64,000 bases of DNA from assembly GCF_964213995.1 (NCBI RefSeq), contig NC_135812.1, forward strand, positions 77,190,001 to 77,254,000, read 5' to 3'. Of this stretch, positions 37,130 to 50,329 are shown piece by piece. A program made the position numbers and the translations under genes. This stretch comes from Mustelus asterias. Its lineage: Eukaryota. A model generated the notes under the pieces. The model was not told where the DNA came from and made no database searches. It saw nothing but the letters and a program-made list of their open reading frames with translations. The number at the start of each line of letters is the position of its first letter. Positions within the stretch are counted from its first letter, which is position 1.

Positions 37130-37655
37130 TGATCACCCTATTATAGAAAGGATATTATTAAACTAGAAAGAGTGCAGAAAAGATTTACTAGGATGCTACC
37201 GGGACTTGATGGTTTGAATTATAAGGAGAGGCTGGATAGACTGCGACTTTTTTCTCTGGAGCGCAGGAGGCTTAGGGGTGATCTTATAGAGGTCTATAAA
37301 ATAATGAGGGGCATAGATCAGCTAGATAGTCAATATCTTTTCCCAAAGGTAGGGGAATCTAAAACTAGAGGGCATAGGTTTAAAGTGAGAGGGGAGAGAT
37401 ACAAAAGGGTCCAGAGGGGCATTATTTTCATACAGAGGGTGGTGAGTGTCTGGAACAAGCTGCCAGAGGTAATCGTAGAGGCAGGCACAATCTTGTCTTT
37501 TAAAAAGCGTTTAGACAGTTACATGGGTAAGATGGGTATAAAGGGACATGGGCCAAACGTGAACAATTGGGACTAGCTTAGGGGTTAAAAAAAGGGGCGG
37601 CATGGACACATTGGGCCGAAGGGCCTGTTTCCATGTTGTAAACCTCTATGACTCT
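37130..37655 (+). mobile_element. CR1 (HER1-like) 3' end
   Basis: ORF 37172-37576 QKRFTRMLPGL..FSLERRRLRGDLIEVYKIM..QRVVSVWNKLP; ctatgactctat tail. Confidence 0.92.
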
Positions 37656-39123
37656 ATATCACCTTTTTTGTACTTAATAGACCCCTGCATCTTACTAGCC
37701 GCTAACTGTTTACATGCCAGTAGTAGATTTTTGGCTTCCTTTTATTCATTAATTATGTTCATATTCTCTTTTTGCCAGTTTTTCCTCTTCACCCACCCTC
37801 CACTTCCAGCCACAACCTGTCTCCAAAGGTTGTACTTCCTGATTCTCCAGACTGTTTCAAACTGCCGCACTTACCACTTCACTTCTCCTGTTGGTCAACT
37901 AGTCTGTGAGATAAACAAGTCTGCTTTATTCCCATCTCTGCGTCAGTTGGATGCATTAGTTTTTTGGGTGTAAATTGTAAGTCAGGTGCTGCTGACAATC
38001 ATTCTTCAGGGACCTGAACAAAGGTCTTTCCATCTGCAAAAAGGCAATGTCATTGTCAAATCCCAATTTATTATTTCTCCACACAAGTTAATACCAAAGC
38101 TTCAACCTTCATCATATCATGCTCACGCCAGTTCATCTTCCAATGCTTAATCTTTCTGATGGGGAATTCCATGTAAAGTAAAGTAAAGTTTATTTATTAG
38201 TCACAAGTAAGGCTTACTTAACACTGCAATGAAGTTACTGTGAAATTCCCCTGGTCACCACAGTCCAGCGCCTGTTCGGGTCAATGCACCTAACTGTCCT
38301 AACATTGCTCCGAAAAAAATCAATTAACCTCTGTTGTTTTGGTGATGATCTTAAAAGTTTGCCTGTTAATTATTAGCTTACCAACCAGTGAAAATTATTT
38401 TCCTTAGCTTCCTCATTTAAACTTCTCAATATTTGAAACCCTATATAAGATCTCTATTTAACTTTATTTAACCTGTTTTAATAAAATAAATCCCTATTTC
38501 GGCAGCCTTGTTTTCATTGCAGCCCAACCAACGATTTGAAAAGGTTTAACTTTGCCCTTGTTTTAGTAATCTATACACTCATTTATTATACTGAGAATCC
38601 CAGAGGTATTTTTATATATGTTCATTTGCAAATACATGTCCACCATCTAATGTTTATGTATTTTTGATACATTCTTGGGATGTGGACATCAATAGAAAGG
38701 CAAGCATCTATTACCTATTCATAACTGCCATTGAGAATATGGTGGTGAACTGCCTCTTGAACCACTGCCCTCGATGTGATGTGATACACTCAGTATCAGG
38801 GAGGTAGTTCCAGGATTTTGCCCAGGATACAAGTGCAAGTCAGGATACAAGTGGAGTTTTCTGATCAGTCACACCGAAGCAGGCAACAGCAAACCACTGC
38901 AGTGCTTTGGCAATGATGGATGCATCCATGATTTTACAATGTCTTTTGAAGGCATGGTCCCTGACAGAGGAGGAAGACCTTGGTGTGACTGCACTACCTA
39001 ATAAAGAAGTTAGTGAGAATGGTAAAGGAGCCCCAGAAAAACGAACATCTGCTACTGCCAAGCTCCAGGGCCCAGTCCCTCCCCAACCCCCTCTGGATGT
39101 TCCCAGATAAGGATCGCACACTG

Positions 39124-39437
39124 AGGAGGCACGGTGGTTAGCACTGCTACCTCACAGCACCAGTGAGCCGGGTTCAATTCCAGCCTTGGGTGACTGTGTG
39201 GAGTTTGCACGTTCTCCCCATGTCTGCGTGGGTTTTCCTCTGGGTGCTCTGTTTTCCTCCCACAGTACAAAGATGTGCAGGTTGTGTGGATTGATTGGCC
39301 GTGCTAAATTGACTGTTAGTGTCAGGGCATTCGTAGGGTAAATACGTGGGGTTACAGGGATAGGGCGTGGGTGGGAGTGTTGTTGATGCAGGCTTGATGG
39401 GCCAAATGGCCTCTTTCTGCACTGTAGAGATTCTATG
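39124..39437 (+). mobile_element. HE1-type V-SINE
   Basis: tRNA-like head, V-domain and ttctatg tail. Confidence 0.9.
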
Positions 39438-42400
39438 AACAATTGGCTGGGAAGTTGAGACTCCTAATGGGCAATTGCCTTGCACTGAAAACCATCCAAA
39501 AATGTGATTTATATTGCAAACTTCAGATGGTTCTGATTATGTTCTGATTAGTTATCCAGAAAAGGTTAGAACAATTAAAACCACTTCTAGCTTCCCGGTA
39601 ACTATTGTACTGATCTTCCCTGATGCCTCCACAGGATTCCCCCTAACCCCCCCCATTATCCCGCTCACCACCCTGGCTATCTCCCCATTGGACTCCCCCA
39701 CAGCATACCGACCCCCAATGGAACCCCCCCACCCTTTCACTACCACCCCCGACAACCATCCCCAAACAGGACTTAAACCCCGGCCCCCAAACTCCCTCCC
39801 TTCCCAGGACTAACTGCCAACTTCCCATGCCCAGGGCCAACTTGCCTCACTCCAAGGCCCAACTCCCGACCTCCCTCACTCCAAGGCTCAAGGAATGCAG
39901 CAATTCCCTGGCATGGACATGATTGGCCTTCAACAACCATAACAATATTCCTTTCTGCTCTGTATGATGATAACCTATAGGGAGTTTCCCGATTCCTATT
40001 CACTTAGACCATAAGACATAGGAGCGGAAGTAAGGCCATTCGGCCCATCGAGTCCACTCCACCATTCAATCATGGTTGATTTCAACTCCATTTACCCGCT
40101 CTCTCCCCATAGCCCTTAATTCCTCGAGAAATCAAGAATTTATCAATTTCTGTCTTGAAGACGCTTAACGTCAATTGTGCCAGAGCTCCTTGATGCCACT
40201 GTCTATCAAGGGTCACTCTCACTTACCTCCAGAATTCAGCTTTTGTCTATGCTTGGACAAGGCATAAAATCAGGAGCAGAGTGGCCCTGGCAGAATCCAA
40301 ACCTAATTGCCCTTCATGAGAAGATGATCTGCTTTCTTGAACGCTGCACCCACTGTTGTATTCAGGAATTAGTTCCAGGATTTTGACCCAGCGACAACGA
40401 AGGAAGTGTGATTTCTTTCCAAGTCAGCATGTTGCTTTACTTGGAGCAGAACTTATCAGTGGTGTTCCCATGCATCTGCTGTCCTTCCAGGTGGTAGAAG
40501 TCGAGGATTTGGAAGGTGCTGTTGAAGGACTCTTGGTGAGCATCATGTAGATGCTACACACTGATATCGCTGTGTACCACTGGTGGAGAGAGTTAATGTT
40601 TAAAAGGGTGGATGGGGTACTGATCATGAGAACTTTGGCAGCCTGGACGTAGTCTCTCAGTATTCAAAGAACAAAGAAAATTACAGCACAGGAACAGGCC
40701 CTCCAAGCCTGCACCGACCATACTGCCCGACTGAACTAAAGCCCCCTACCCTTCCTTGACGTCTTTTGTCAACCAGCATACCATCACTTATTTGATTATA
40801 GACGCTCTCAGTTTAAACACTTGAAAGTTTGTTCACACTTGGAATACAGCACAGAAGCAATGCTGACTTGACACAAACTCTTTTCATGCAGCACGTGGAT
40901 CTGGACTGCACTGCATTGCCTGAGCAAATGGTGGAGACAGAAATATAGAAACTAGAAGTAGTAGACCATTCGGCCCCTTGAGCCTGCTTCACTATTCATT
41001 ACAATCATCAATTTCAATATCCTGGTTCCCCCCATATCCCTTTAGCCCCAAGAGCTATATCTAATTTCTTCTTGAAATCACACAACAAATTTCTGTGGTA
41101 ATAAATTCTACATGTTCACTGTTCTCTGAGTGAAGAAATTTCTCCTTGCCTCAGTTCTAAAAGGTTTATCCCTTATCCTCAAACTATGACCCCTCGTTCT
41201 GGACTCCCACACCATGGGAAAATTTCTGAATCTATCCTGTCTAACCCTGTTACGTGGAGACAGAGTAAATAGAAGCTTTCAAAAGGCAATTAGATTATCT
41301 GAAAATGAAGTTTGTGTAGCTATAAAGGCAGGGTTTTGGAACTTGGAGAATTGCTCCTTCAGAAGGCTGGCATAAACAGAAAAGGCTGAATGGCCTCCTC
41401 TGTACTGTAACCATTCTACGACTCGTGTAAAGACACCTCCATCAGTCACTAAACTGGTGTTCAAAGTACTGTATCGGGTCAGGATCACAACCTACTCTCG
41501 TGACGATTAAATGATAGGAACCTTCTCCTTCAGCATCAAGGTTACTGAATGAGAATATTCTAGAAATTAGGAATAATTTCATTTAGAGCACAAAATAGTT
41601 TTTCGTAAAAATAAATCCCACTGAAGGGATTTAATAAAACCACTCCAGGTAACTGTTCATTAGATGCAAAAGGATCAAAATAGCACGTACGAGTTAAAAA
41701 TTGAAATGCTGATGGAATGTTTTCACCCAAACAGTAATCGAGTTGTGGAATGAGTACTCAGGGAAGGACATTGTAGCAGAGATGAAGGGTCATCTTTGTC
41801 TGAAAAAAGAACAGTTTTTCCAGACCTAACATCCTCGTTTAGTTCCTAAATTATAATTGGGAAGTCATCATGCATTCACCGTGATGAAACTTCATGGTCT
41901 TCATATCCAATTCCAAACTCTGAAATGGACACTGCACAATTCTTGTCAATTCAGGGACAAATTCAGCCTCACTGAGGATTCACACTGCTGCAATGTTTTG
42001 CACTGGCAATTAATTATTAAATGCTAGTTTACGCAGAAAGTTGTGTGGCTTCATAGTTTGTTTAGGTAGGAGATCAGAAGGTGGCCTGGAAGAAACCATA
42101 TGAGACACAGAGCTAAATCAGGTCAAAGATTTGTTGTGCCAGCCATGAGTCTTACAGGAATCGATTTTTAAAAGGTCTTTTTACTCTTGTCTTGGGCCAA
42201 CATCCAAAAACGATAGAGCTCATCAACAGGATTGTCAAATTGTGTGTGTCCAGTCTGCTGTCTGACTTTCTCCCCTTTACAAGTCTTGGGTTAATGACAG
42301 CTCCTACTGCCATCTCAGTACAAAACAAGAATTAAAACCAAAATCGTCTGGTCTGCTAACGGATTTCATCAAACCAAGTCAAGCAGGAGTTTAAAATCAG

Positions 42401-42592
42401 AGCATTTAAAAAGACCACAATACAAGAACTGAAGACAAAAAGCTGGCGAATGCAAAATATCTTTTATTGTGTAGCATTTAGGCAGGGCAAGTGAGTGGCA
42501 TACCGGCCCTTTTAAAGTTTTATGTGCTATATAAGAACACACAAATTAATCAATTCCATAGGAATTTCAGTGCCTCTTCAACTGGCTATTGG

Positions 42593-42834
42593 TCATGGGA
42601 ATGGGATGCTGCGTAGAATCCTCTGGAGAATCTCATTTCCCCGAAGGGCATGAAGCGTGTCTTCGTACAGATGGTTCACAGCGCTACACAGCTGCTCATG
42701 TGGGAAGTCTGTTCTCCTGCACATCACCACAGTGATGACGGTGCACAGCAGCAGGAAGAGCAGCACCTTCAGAAGCACTTGGTGGAATAAGTGTCCCTTT
42801 TGAGATGCTGATGGACTGGCGGAAGAAACCGGTT
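42593..42834 (-). CDS. LRRC59: LRRC59 exon 7 (transmembrane segment and lumenal tail) with stop
   Basis: ttttag|AA; KPVSSASPSASQKGHLFHQVLLKVLLFLLLCTVITVVMCRRTD..QLCSAVNHLYED..ILQRILRSIPFP*; exon lengths total 927 nt (308 aa plus stop). Confidence 0.92.
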
Positions 42835-43286
42835 CTAAAAGAGATTATAGAATGGAGAAAAACCAATGATTTAATGAACACATGTATACTTGAACATTGT
42901 TCAAACTAATAATTTATACTGTTTCCATGGAAAATTGTGATAGCACAAAGCAATTAGCCTTAAACACACACAGGCGATGATTGAGTATTAAGGACAAGGC
43001 ACAATCTTTCTTCACGGTTTGGCCCTGTCTCCACTGGACTGCTCAGTTTCGGCAGCTTTTGTTTATTCTTTCATAGAATGTGGTGGGGGGGGGGGGGGGG
43101 GGTTTCGCATATTAAGACCAGCATTTATTGCCCATCCCCAACTGCCCTTGGGAAGATGTGGGTGAGTCTTCTTAAACTGCTGCAGACATGTGGTGTAGGT
43201 GTACCCACAATGCTGTTGAAAAGGGAGTTTCAGGACTTTGATCCAGTGACAGTGAAAGGATGGTGACAAAGTTCCTAGTCAGGATG

Positions 43287-43605
43287 TGGTGATGGGAGGA
43301 TTTGTGGGTAACGTCCCTGCCTCTGAGCCAAAAGCTCTGGGTTCGGGTCCCACTCCAGGACTTGACAGCCAATTAAGGTATGTTCATATAATAGCCAACA
43401 GGTTGAGTATCAACTTGCAAATCCTTCCAACACACCAATGGCAGGCGGTAAGAGAGACTCCTCGTCAGCCATGCTTAATGTGGAGTGGTACCCTTCAAGC
43501 TATAAGCCACTGGCGACAGACTAGCGACTGGTTTCAGCTAAAACTTAATATGGGAACAGAAAAAAGTCTGCCTTGTGCAATGAGGTGCGGGAAGAGAAAC
43601 AACAA
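43287..43605 (+). mobile_element. tRNA-derived SINE of a distinct family with (CAA)n tail and 7-bp TSD
   Basis: Head with B-box gggttcgggtccc; tail gaaacaacaa; caggatg at 43280-43286 and 43606-43612; interrupts a LINE remnant. Confidence 0.7.
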
Positions 43606-44469
43606 CAGGATGGTATGTGACTTGGAGGGGAACTTGCAGATGGTAATCTTCCTATTCGTCTGCTGCTCTTGTCCTGCTACGTGGTGGCAGTCAGAGGTTT
43701 AGAAGGTGCTCTCAGGGGTTTGGTGAGTACATTTATAGTGGTTACACACCGCTAGTGGAGGGAGTGTACACTGACATTAGTGACTTTGTTCTCGTGTCAA
43801 GCTTCTTGAATGCTGCTGGAGGTCCACTCATCCAGGCAAGTGGAGACTATCCCATCACACTCCTGACTTGTACCTTGTAGATGGTGGACAGGCTTTGGGT
43901 AATCAGGCAGTGAGTTAATTGCTGCAGATCATTGATGAAATAGTTAAGGATGATTCAACAAGTTGCAAGGAGGATACCTCTCGGACAGGATGCTCCAACT
44001 TATTATTCCCCCTAGTGAAGGCACATTAGCCTCCAACAAGCATAATTTAAGGCTGAGCTGAATTAAACCAACATTTGCCTGCTGTGGTATCCAAATGTTA
44101 GTGTTCTAGCATTCTCCGTCACTGGCACCAACATTATTTATTCCCTTTGTTTTGGTGATCAGTGAGAGGTTTGTCTTTCCAGTTTACACCCTTGTTATGG
44201 AAACATATGGCCTGTAAAATCTGCACTGGCGTTTACCTTGCTACGAGCCACCTCATCTAAACTCCACTCTCATTCATTCCCCATACCATTTAAGATCCAT
44301 TATTATTCAAAAACCTACTTTTTTCAAAATAAATTGTGGATTGTGTGTAAGAGGGTTGCAGCAGAAAATTCCACGCTCTCACCAGCTTCCACATAAAGAG
44401 GTTTCTCTTCATTCCTTTAATTCTTTTTGTAATCAGCATAAAGGCATTCCCTCTGCTGACCAATGAAAA

Positions 44470-45580
44470 TCATCTGATCTTGTCAGCAAATTAGAACCCA
44501 TGGAATAAAAGAACAGCAGCATGGACACAAAATTGGCTGAGTGACAGGAAAAGTGAATAGTTGTGAACAGTTGTTTTTTTGGATTAGGGGAAGTCATACA
44601 GTGGGGTTCCACAGGGGTCACTATTATGATCCTGCTTTTTACATCCATATTAATAACCTAGATATGCAGGGCACAACTTTAAAATCTGCAAATGGCAAAA
44701 ATTTAGAAATATTGTGAACTATCAGGAGGACAGTGATAAAATTTAGGAGGGCATAAACTGGCTGGTAGAATGTGATGACAAGTGGCAGATGACATTGAAT
44801 GCAGAAGGGTGATGTGTTTCATTCTGACAGGAGGAATGGGAGGAGGCAAAATAAAAAGAAAAAGTAGTAAAATTTGATTTATTAGTCGCAAGTAAGGCTT
44901 ACATTAACATTGCAATGAAGTTACTGTGAAATTCCCCGAGGGTATAATTCTAAAGGGGTCAAAAGCAAAGGGCCCTTAGGATGTATGTACATCATTGAAA
45001 GTTACAGGGCAGGTTGAAAAAGCTTATGGTATCCAGGGACTTCTCAATAGGGGCACAAAGTACAAAAACAAGAGAGTTATGATAAACAAACATCAAATGC
45101 AGGTTCAGCCTGAACTGGAGTATTTTGTCCAGTTCCGGGTGCCACACTTTAAGAAGGATATTAAGGCATTAGGATGCAGAACGAATTAATGAGAATAGTT
45201 CTGGAGATGAGGAGCTTTGGTTATGTGGATAGATTGGAGAAAATGGGGCTGTTCTCCTTGGAGGTGGTTAAAACGAGTATAAACAGAAAGTGCTGGAAAT
45301 TATCAGCAGTCTGGCAGTATCTATGGTGAGAGAAATATTTAAAGTCAAACATGACTCCTCTTCAGAACTTTTGAGTATTTCCAGCACTTTCCGTTTTTAT
45401 TTCAAATTTGCAGCATCTGCGGTATTCAATTGTGACTTTCAGAAGAGACTTGGCTCATTATCTGAAGAGGAAAACCTTGCAGGGCTACATGGAAGGTGAG
45501 TTACCAGGTGAGTTGCTATTGCAGAGAGCCAGCAGAGACACAAGGGACTGAATGGCCTCCCGCTGTGCTGAAACCATTAA
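44470..45580 (+). mobile_element. Old CR1 fragment with nested small inserts
   Basis: CR1 RT-region nucleotide motifs and QPELEYFVQFRVPHFKKDIKAL peptide. Confidence 0.7.
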
Positions 45581-46150
45581 AACTTGATCGTATGTCATTT
45601 ATCTCTAGCTAGCAACCTAACTTTTCAGATCTTTCTTCATATTATGCTCAAAATGTTCAGAATGCAATGCCCAGCCCAACAGCTAAGCTCAAATCTACGA
45701 CTCAGTTTGCAAGCTGTACAAGCTAGCAAGGAGGAAGGAAACAAACACGAACCGGGCTTCCTATTGCTGCTCGCCATCCTACTGACGCTGCATGTGTGGA
45801 CGCAACCAGGACAGATCAGACTGGACTTTCAAAGGCTTCCACAATCGAGAGCCTGTCAACACACACTCTTAGCTCCAGCTATTGTAAGATGTTTGGTACC
45901 CATGTAACCATATCCAGCAAATGATCAAGCCTTCAGGAGCCCAGGGAACAATGATGCAAAATTAGGGAAGGGGATAATAAATAATAATTAAGTGATTGCA
46001 ATTTTCAGGAGTTTATGTCAAGAGAACGATGAACTTGCTTCTCATTGCCCACCGTGTAAGGCTCATGGCAGAGATGCAATTGAGAGCAAGATATAGTTTG
46101 TAATTCTGCTAGAATTTACACAGCTCACCCAGCTTCCACCTTTCACTTAC

Positions 46151-46321
46151 TTTCCAATGTACCAGTAGGTTTCTCCTCCTTTGGATGGTTGAATTTCTGT
46201 AATTTCTGTGCATCGTACTCCTTCCTGCGCCTCTCCTTCTCCTCCATTTTCTCTCGTTTACGCAGCTCACGTTCCTTTGCTTCTTTAGCCCGTAATTCTG
46301 CTTCACGCCTTTTCTCCAACT
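46151..46321 (-). CDS. LRRC59: LRRC59 exon 6 (charged coiled coil)
   Basis: gcag|AG..A|gtaagt; [40 protein letters not shown]; 171 nt. Confidence 0.93.
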
Positions 46322-46384
46322 CTGCAACAACAGACATTTAGCTATAAAGATGGTAGTTGAAGCTTTTAGATGCTTTAATTTGTC

Positions 46385-46531
46385 CCATGATTCAGTGCTA
46401 GCACTAGCCTCAGAGTCAGAAAATCGTGGGTTCAATTGCAGTCTGGATTGGAGTACATAGTTCAAGCTGACATTCCAGTGTGTTACTGAGGAGTGGCGCA
46501 CCATTGGAGGCACTGTCTTCAAGATGAGAGG
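46385..46531 (+). mobile_element. SacSINE1-like DeuSINE remnant
   Basis: tRNA-like head then gctgacattccagtg..actgaggagtggcgcaccattggaggcactgtcttcaagatgaga, resembling the Deu domain; a similar remnant lies at about 56200-56650 (-). Confidence 0.55.
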
Positions 46532-46695
46532 TCACACGACAAGGTTATAGTCCAACAGGTTTATTTGGAATCACAAGCTTTCAGAATGCTGCCGAAAGGA
46601 GCAGTTTGTGATTTCAAGTAAACCTGTTGGACTATAACCTGGTGTCGTGCGACCTCTCATCTTGTCCATTCCAATCTCCACTTTAAGATGAGAGG
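46521..46695. mobile_element. Palindromic Penelope family A insert with aagatgagagg direct repeat
   Basis: Arms ggttatagtccaacaggtttatttggaatcacaa / ttgtgatttcaagtaaacctgttggactataacc. Confidence 0.75.
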
Positions 46696-47197
46696 CCAAA
46701 CCAGGTGTTAAATCTTTGTTAATATAGCATATTCTACTGAATGTTACAATTTTACTGCTGCTGATGCAAGTTTATTCTCCCGTGAAGCTTGTGTGGAAGT
46801 CCAGAGAACAAGACCAGGTTTGGTTCAGACTCTGGACTCCAATAATAGAACATAGAACAGTACAGCACAGAACAGGCCCTTCGGCCCACGATGTTGTGCC
46901 GAGCTTTATCTGAAACCAAGATCAAGCTATCCCACTCCCTATCATCCTGGTGTGCTCCATGTGCCTATCCAATAACCGCTTAAATGTTCCTAAAGTGTCT
47001 GACTCCATAATGAATGGAAACTTGGTTGCTGGAGGCTGCTGGTCCCAATGGAATTGCCCCTAAGGATCTGTAAACATTAGTGCAGTGATAAAAAGGAAAA
47101 GGCCACAGCTTGCTTAAATTTTTGACTGATTCTCAATTCCACGCTCAGTAATCCATGTATCCAGATGAACATTTATTTTAGAAATTTCATTTCTTAC

Positions 47198-47270
47198 CCC
47201 TTTCAACTTGCAGCCTCCGCTGTTTCTCACGATCTTGTTCAGACTGAATGGTTTTCATGTACCGCAGTAC
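47198..47270 (-). CDS. LRRC59: LRRC59 exon 5
   Basis: acag|GTA..G|gtaaga; VLRYMKTIQSEQDREKQRRLQVER; 73 nt. Confidence 0.94.
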
Positions 47271-48097
47271 CTGTAGTATCAAAGGGTAAAAACAAAGTTA
47301 ACTATGGATTTTCATTGATTCACGTGATTCCAAATAAACCTGTTGGACTTTAACCTGGTGTTGTGAGACTTCTTACTGTACTTCCTTATCAAATTACTCC
47401 TTCCAAAGTGTATCACCTCACACTTTTCAGGGTTAAATTCCATTTGCCACTTATCTGCCTATTTGACCATTCCGTCTATATCTTCTTGTAGTCCAAGACA
47501 CTCCACCTCACTGTTAACCACATGGCCAATCTTTGTATCATCTGTAAACTTACTAATCTTACCCCCCACATAGTCATCTATGTAATTTATATAAATGATG
47601 AATAAAAGGGAGCCCAACACAGATCCCTGTGATACGTCACTGGACACTGGCTTCCAGTCACTAAGGCAGCCTTCTGTCATCACCCTCTGTCTCCTACAAT
47701 TGAGCCAATTTTGAATCCACTTTATCAAAATTACCCTGTATCCCATGTGAATTTAACTTCTTTACAAGTCTCCCATGTGGGACCTTGTCAAAGGCTTTGC
47801 TGAAATCCATATAAACTACATCGACTGCACTACCCTCATCTCCACATCTGGTCACCCCCTCAAAAAATTCAATCAAATTTGTTAGGCATGAGCTCCCTCT
47901 GACGAAGCCATGCTGACGATCCCTGATCAAGCTTTGTCTCCCAAGTGGAGACAGATGCTCTCCTTCAGAAGTTTCTCTAATAGTTTTCCTACCACTGATG
48001 TGAGACTCACTGGTCTGTAATTCCCTGGTTTACCTTTACAACCCTTCTTAAAATAGCAGAACCACATTAGCTCCAGTCGTCTGGCACCTCCTCCGTG

Positions 48098-48390
48098 ATG
48101 TGGAGATGCCAGCGTTGGACTGGGGTAAACACAGTAAGAAGTCTCACAACACCAGGTTAAAGTCCAACAGGTTTATTTGGTAGCACAAGCCACTAGCTTT
48201 CGGAGCGCTGCCCCTTCATCAGGTGAGTGGGAGTTCTGTTCACAAACAGGGCATATAAAGACACAAACTCAATTTACAGAATAATGGTTGGAATGCGAGT
48301 CTTTACAAGTAATCAAGTCTTAAAGGTACAGACAATGCGAGTGGAGAGAGGGTTAAGCACAGGTTAAAGAGATGTGTATTGTCTCCAGCC
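48098..48390 (-). mobile_element. Penelope family A terminal repeat nested in CR1
   Basis: Same sequence as the repeat attached to the PLE RT at 32135-32316, in reverse orientation. Confidence 0.85.
48190..48230 (-). ncRNA. Minimal hammerhead ribozyme motif in a Penelope repeat
   Basis: CAC CUGAUGA A GGGGC-AGC-GCUCC GAAA GC UA GUG: intact core, stem II, short stem I and palindromic AGCU in place of stem III. Confidence 0.75.
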
Positions 48391-50329
48391 GGGGTCCCGG
48401 CTCCACCTAGATTGCCCCTTCGTCCCTAATGGGCCCTACTCTTTGCCTGGTTATCCTCCTCCCATTGATAAACTTATAGAATAACTTGGGATTTTCCCTA
48501 TTTTTAACCAGCCAGAGCTTTCTCATATCCCGTCTTTGCTTTCCTAATTGCTTTCTTAAACTCCACCCTGCACTTTCTATATCTTACTAATGCCTCCACT
48601 GATTTGCCCCCCTTGTACTTTTTAAAAGCCTTGCTTTTCCTTCTCCTTGTATCCTGAATATCTCTCATCCATGGTTTTCTGGGCTTGTTATTCCTACCTA
48701 TCACCTTAGAGGGAACATGCTGGGTTTGCACTCTCCCCATTTCCTTTTTGAATGCCCCCTACTGCTCCTCTGTAGATTTCCCAATCTACCGTGGCCAAAT
48801 CGTGTCTTATTTCACTAAAATCTGCTCTCCCCCAATCCAAAACTTCTTTTGCCTATTTCCTTGTCCATAACAAACTTAAATTGTACCTTGTTGTGACTGT
48901 TATCGCCAAAATGGTATCTCAACCACCTGTCTGGCTTCATTCCCCAGAATCTGATCCAGCACAGCTCCTTCCCTTGTTGGACCCTCTACATATTGCTCCA
49001 AAAAGATTCTCCTGTATACATTTCAAAAAATCTACTCCATCCAAGCCCTTAACACTATGTTTGTCCCAGTTAACGTTGGGAAAGTTGAAATCACCTAATA
49101 ACCCTATTGTTATTGTTTTTACACACCTCCACAAACTGAGCACATATTTGCTCCTCAATATCTCTCTATCTAGGGGTCTACAATAAACACCTAACAATGT
49201 GGCTGCCCTTTTTTATTCCCAAGTTCTACTCACAAAGCTTCATTTGATGGCCCCTCCAAGATATCATCTCTCCTTATTGCAGTAATTGACTCCTTAACTA
49301 ATGACGCAATGTGTCCTCCTCTTTTACCTCCTCCATTATCTCCACCCCCTGCCAAATTAGTTTGAACTCCTTCCAACAGCACTAACAAAACATCCCGCAA
49401 TGATGTCAGCCCTGTTCTGGTTCAGATGTAGACCATCCCGCTTGTACAGGTCCCACGTTCCCCAGAACTGGTCCTAGTGATCCAGGAATCTAAAGCTCTC
49501 TCTCCTGCACCAACCCTTAAGCATTCATCTGCACTATCCTCCATTCTCTGTGTTGGCTAGTATCTGGCACTGGGAGTAATCCAGAGGTAACAACCTGAGA
49601 GGTCATGCTTTTTAGTCTACTGCCCAACTCACTGAATTCTTGATGCAAGATCTCATCCCTCTTTCTATCTATGTCATTGGTACTAATATATACCATGCCT
49701 CTGCCTTATTACCCTTCCCCTTCAGAATGCCCTGCAGCCGTTCAGTGACATCCCAGACCCTAGCACCAGGGAAGCAACATACCATCCTGGAGTTACGTTG
49801 ACAGCCAAAGTAGCATCTATCTGTACCCCTGACTACAGAATCCCCTATTACGATTACTGCCCCCCCCCCCCAAAATCACTGTACAGACAAGTTGCTTGTG
49901 GCGCCAGATGTTTGGTTCTGTCTGCACTCCGGGGAGGAACCAGCCTCCAAAATATGGAATACCGATTTGCAAGCGAGACCCCAGGGGACTTCTGAATCAC
50001 CTGCCTACATCTCTTGGACTGCCTGGTGGTCACCCATTCCCTTTCTTCCTCAAGTTCCTTCAGCTACAGTGTGACCACCTCCCTAAATGTGTTATCCACA
50101 CTGCTCTCAGACTTGCGATTGTTCCACAGTTAACCCATCCGCCATTCCAACTCCAAAACTTGAGTTTCCAGGAGCTGCAGCAGGACACGACTAAACCCTT
50201 TAAGTTTAAAAACTTTATAAGACTTGTTTAAAAAATAAAATAATTCCTTACCTGTGCGTAAACAAAGAGCTTCAATTTAATATGGTTTGGAAATACCCAC
50301 CAGGACTTCTCACCCATCAGCTGTGCCCG

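Larger units (their letters stand above)
47385..50280 (-). mobile_element. Long decayed CR1 LINE (probable ORF1 region, endonuclease, RT)
   Basis: LGVYCRP..LLGDFNFPNVNW, QHGFVRGSSCLTNLIEFFE..DFSKAFDKVPH, QGSVLG..KFTDDTK. Confidence 0.9.
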
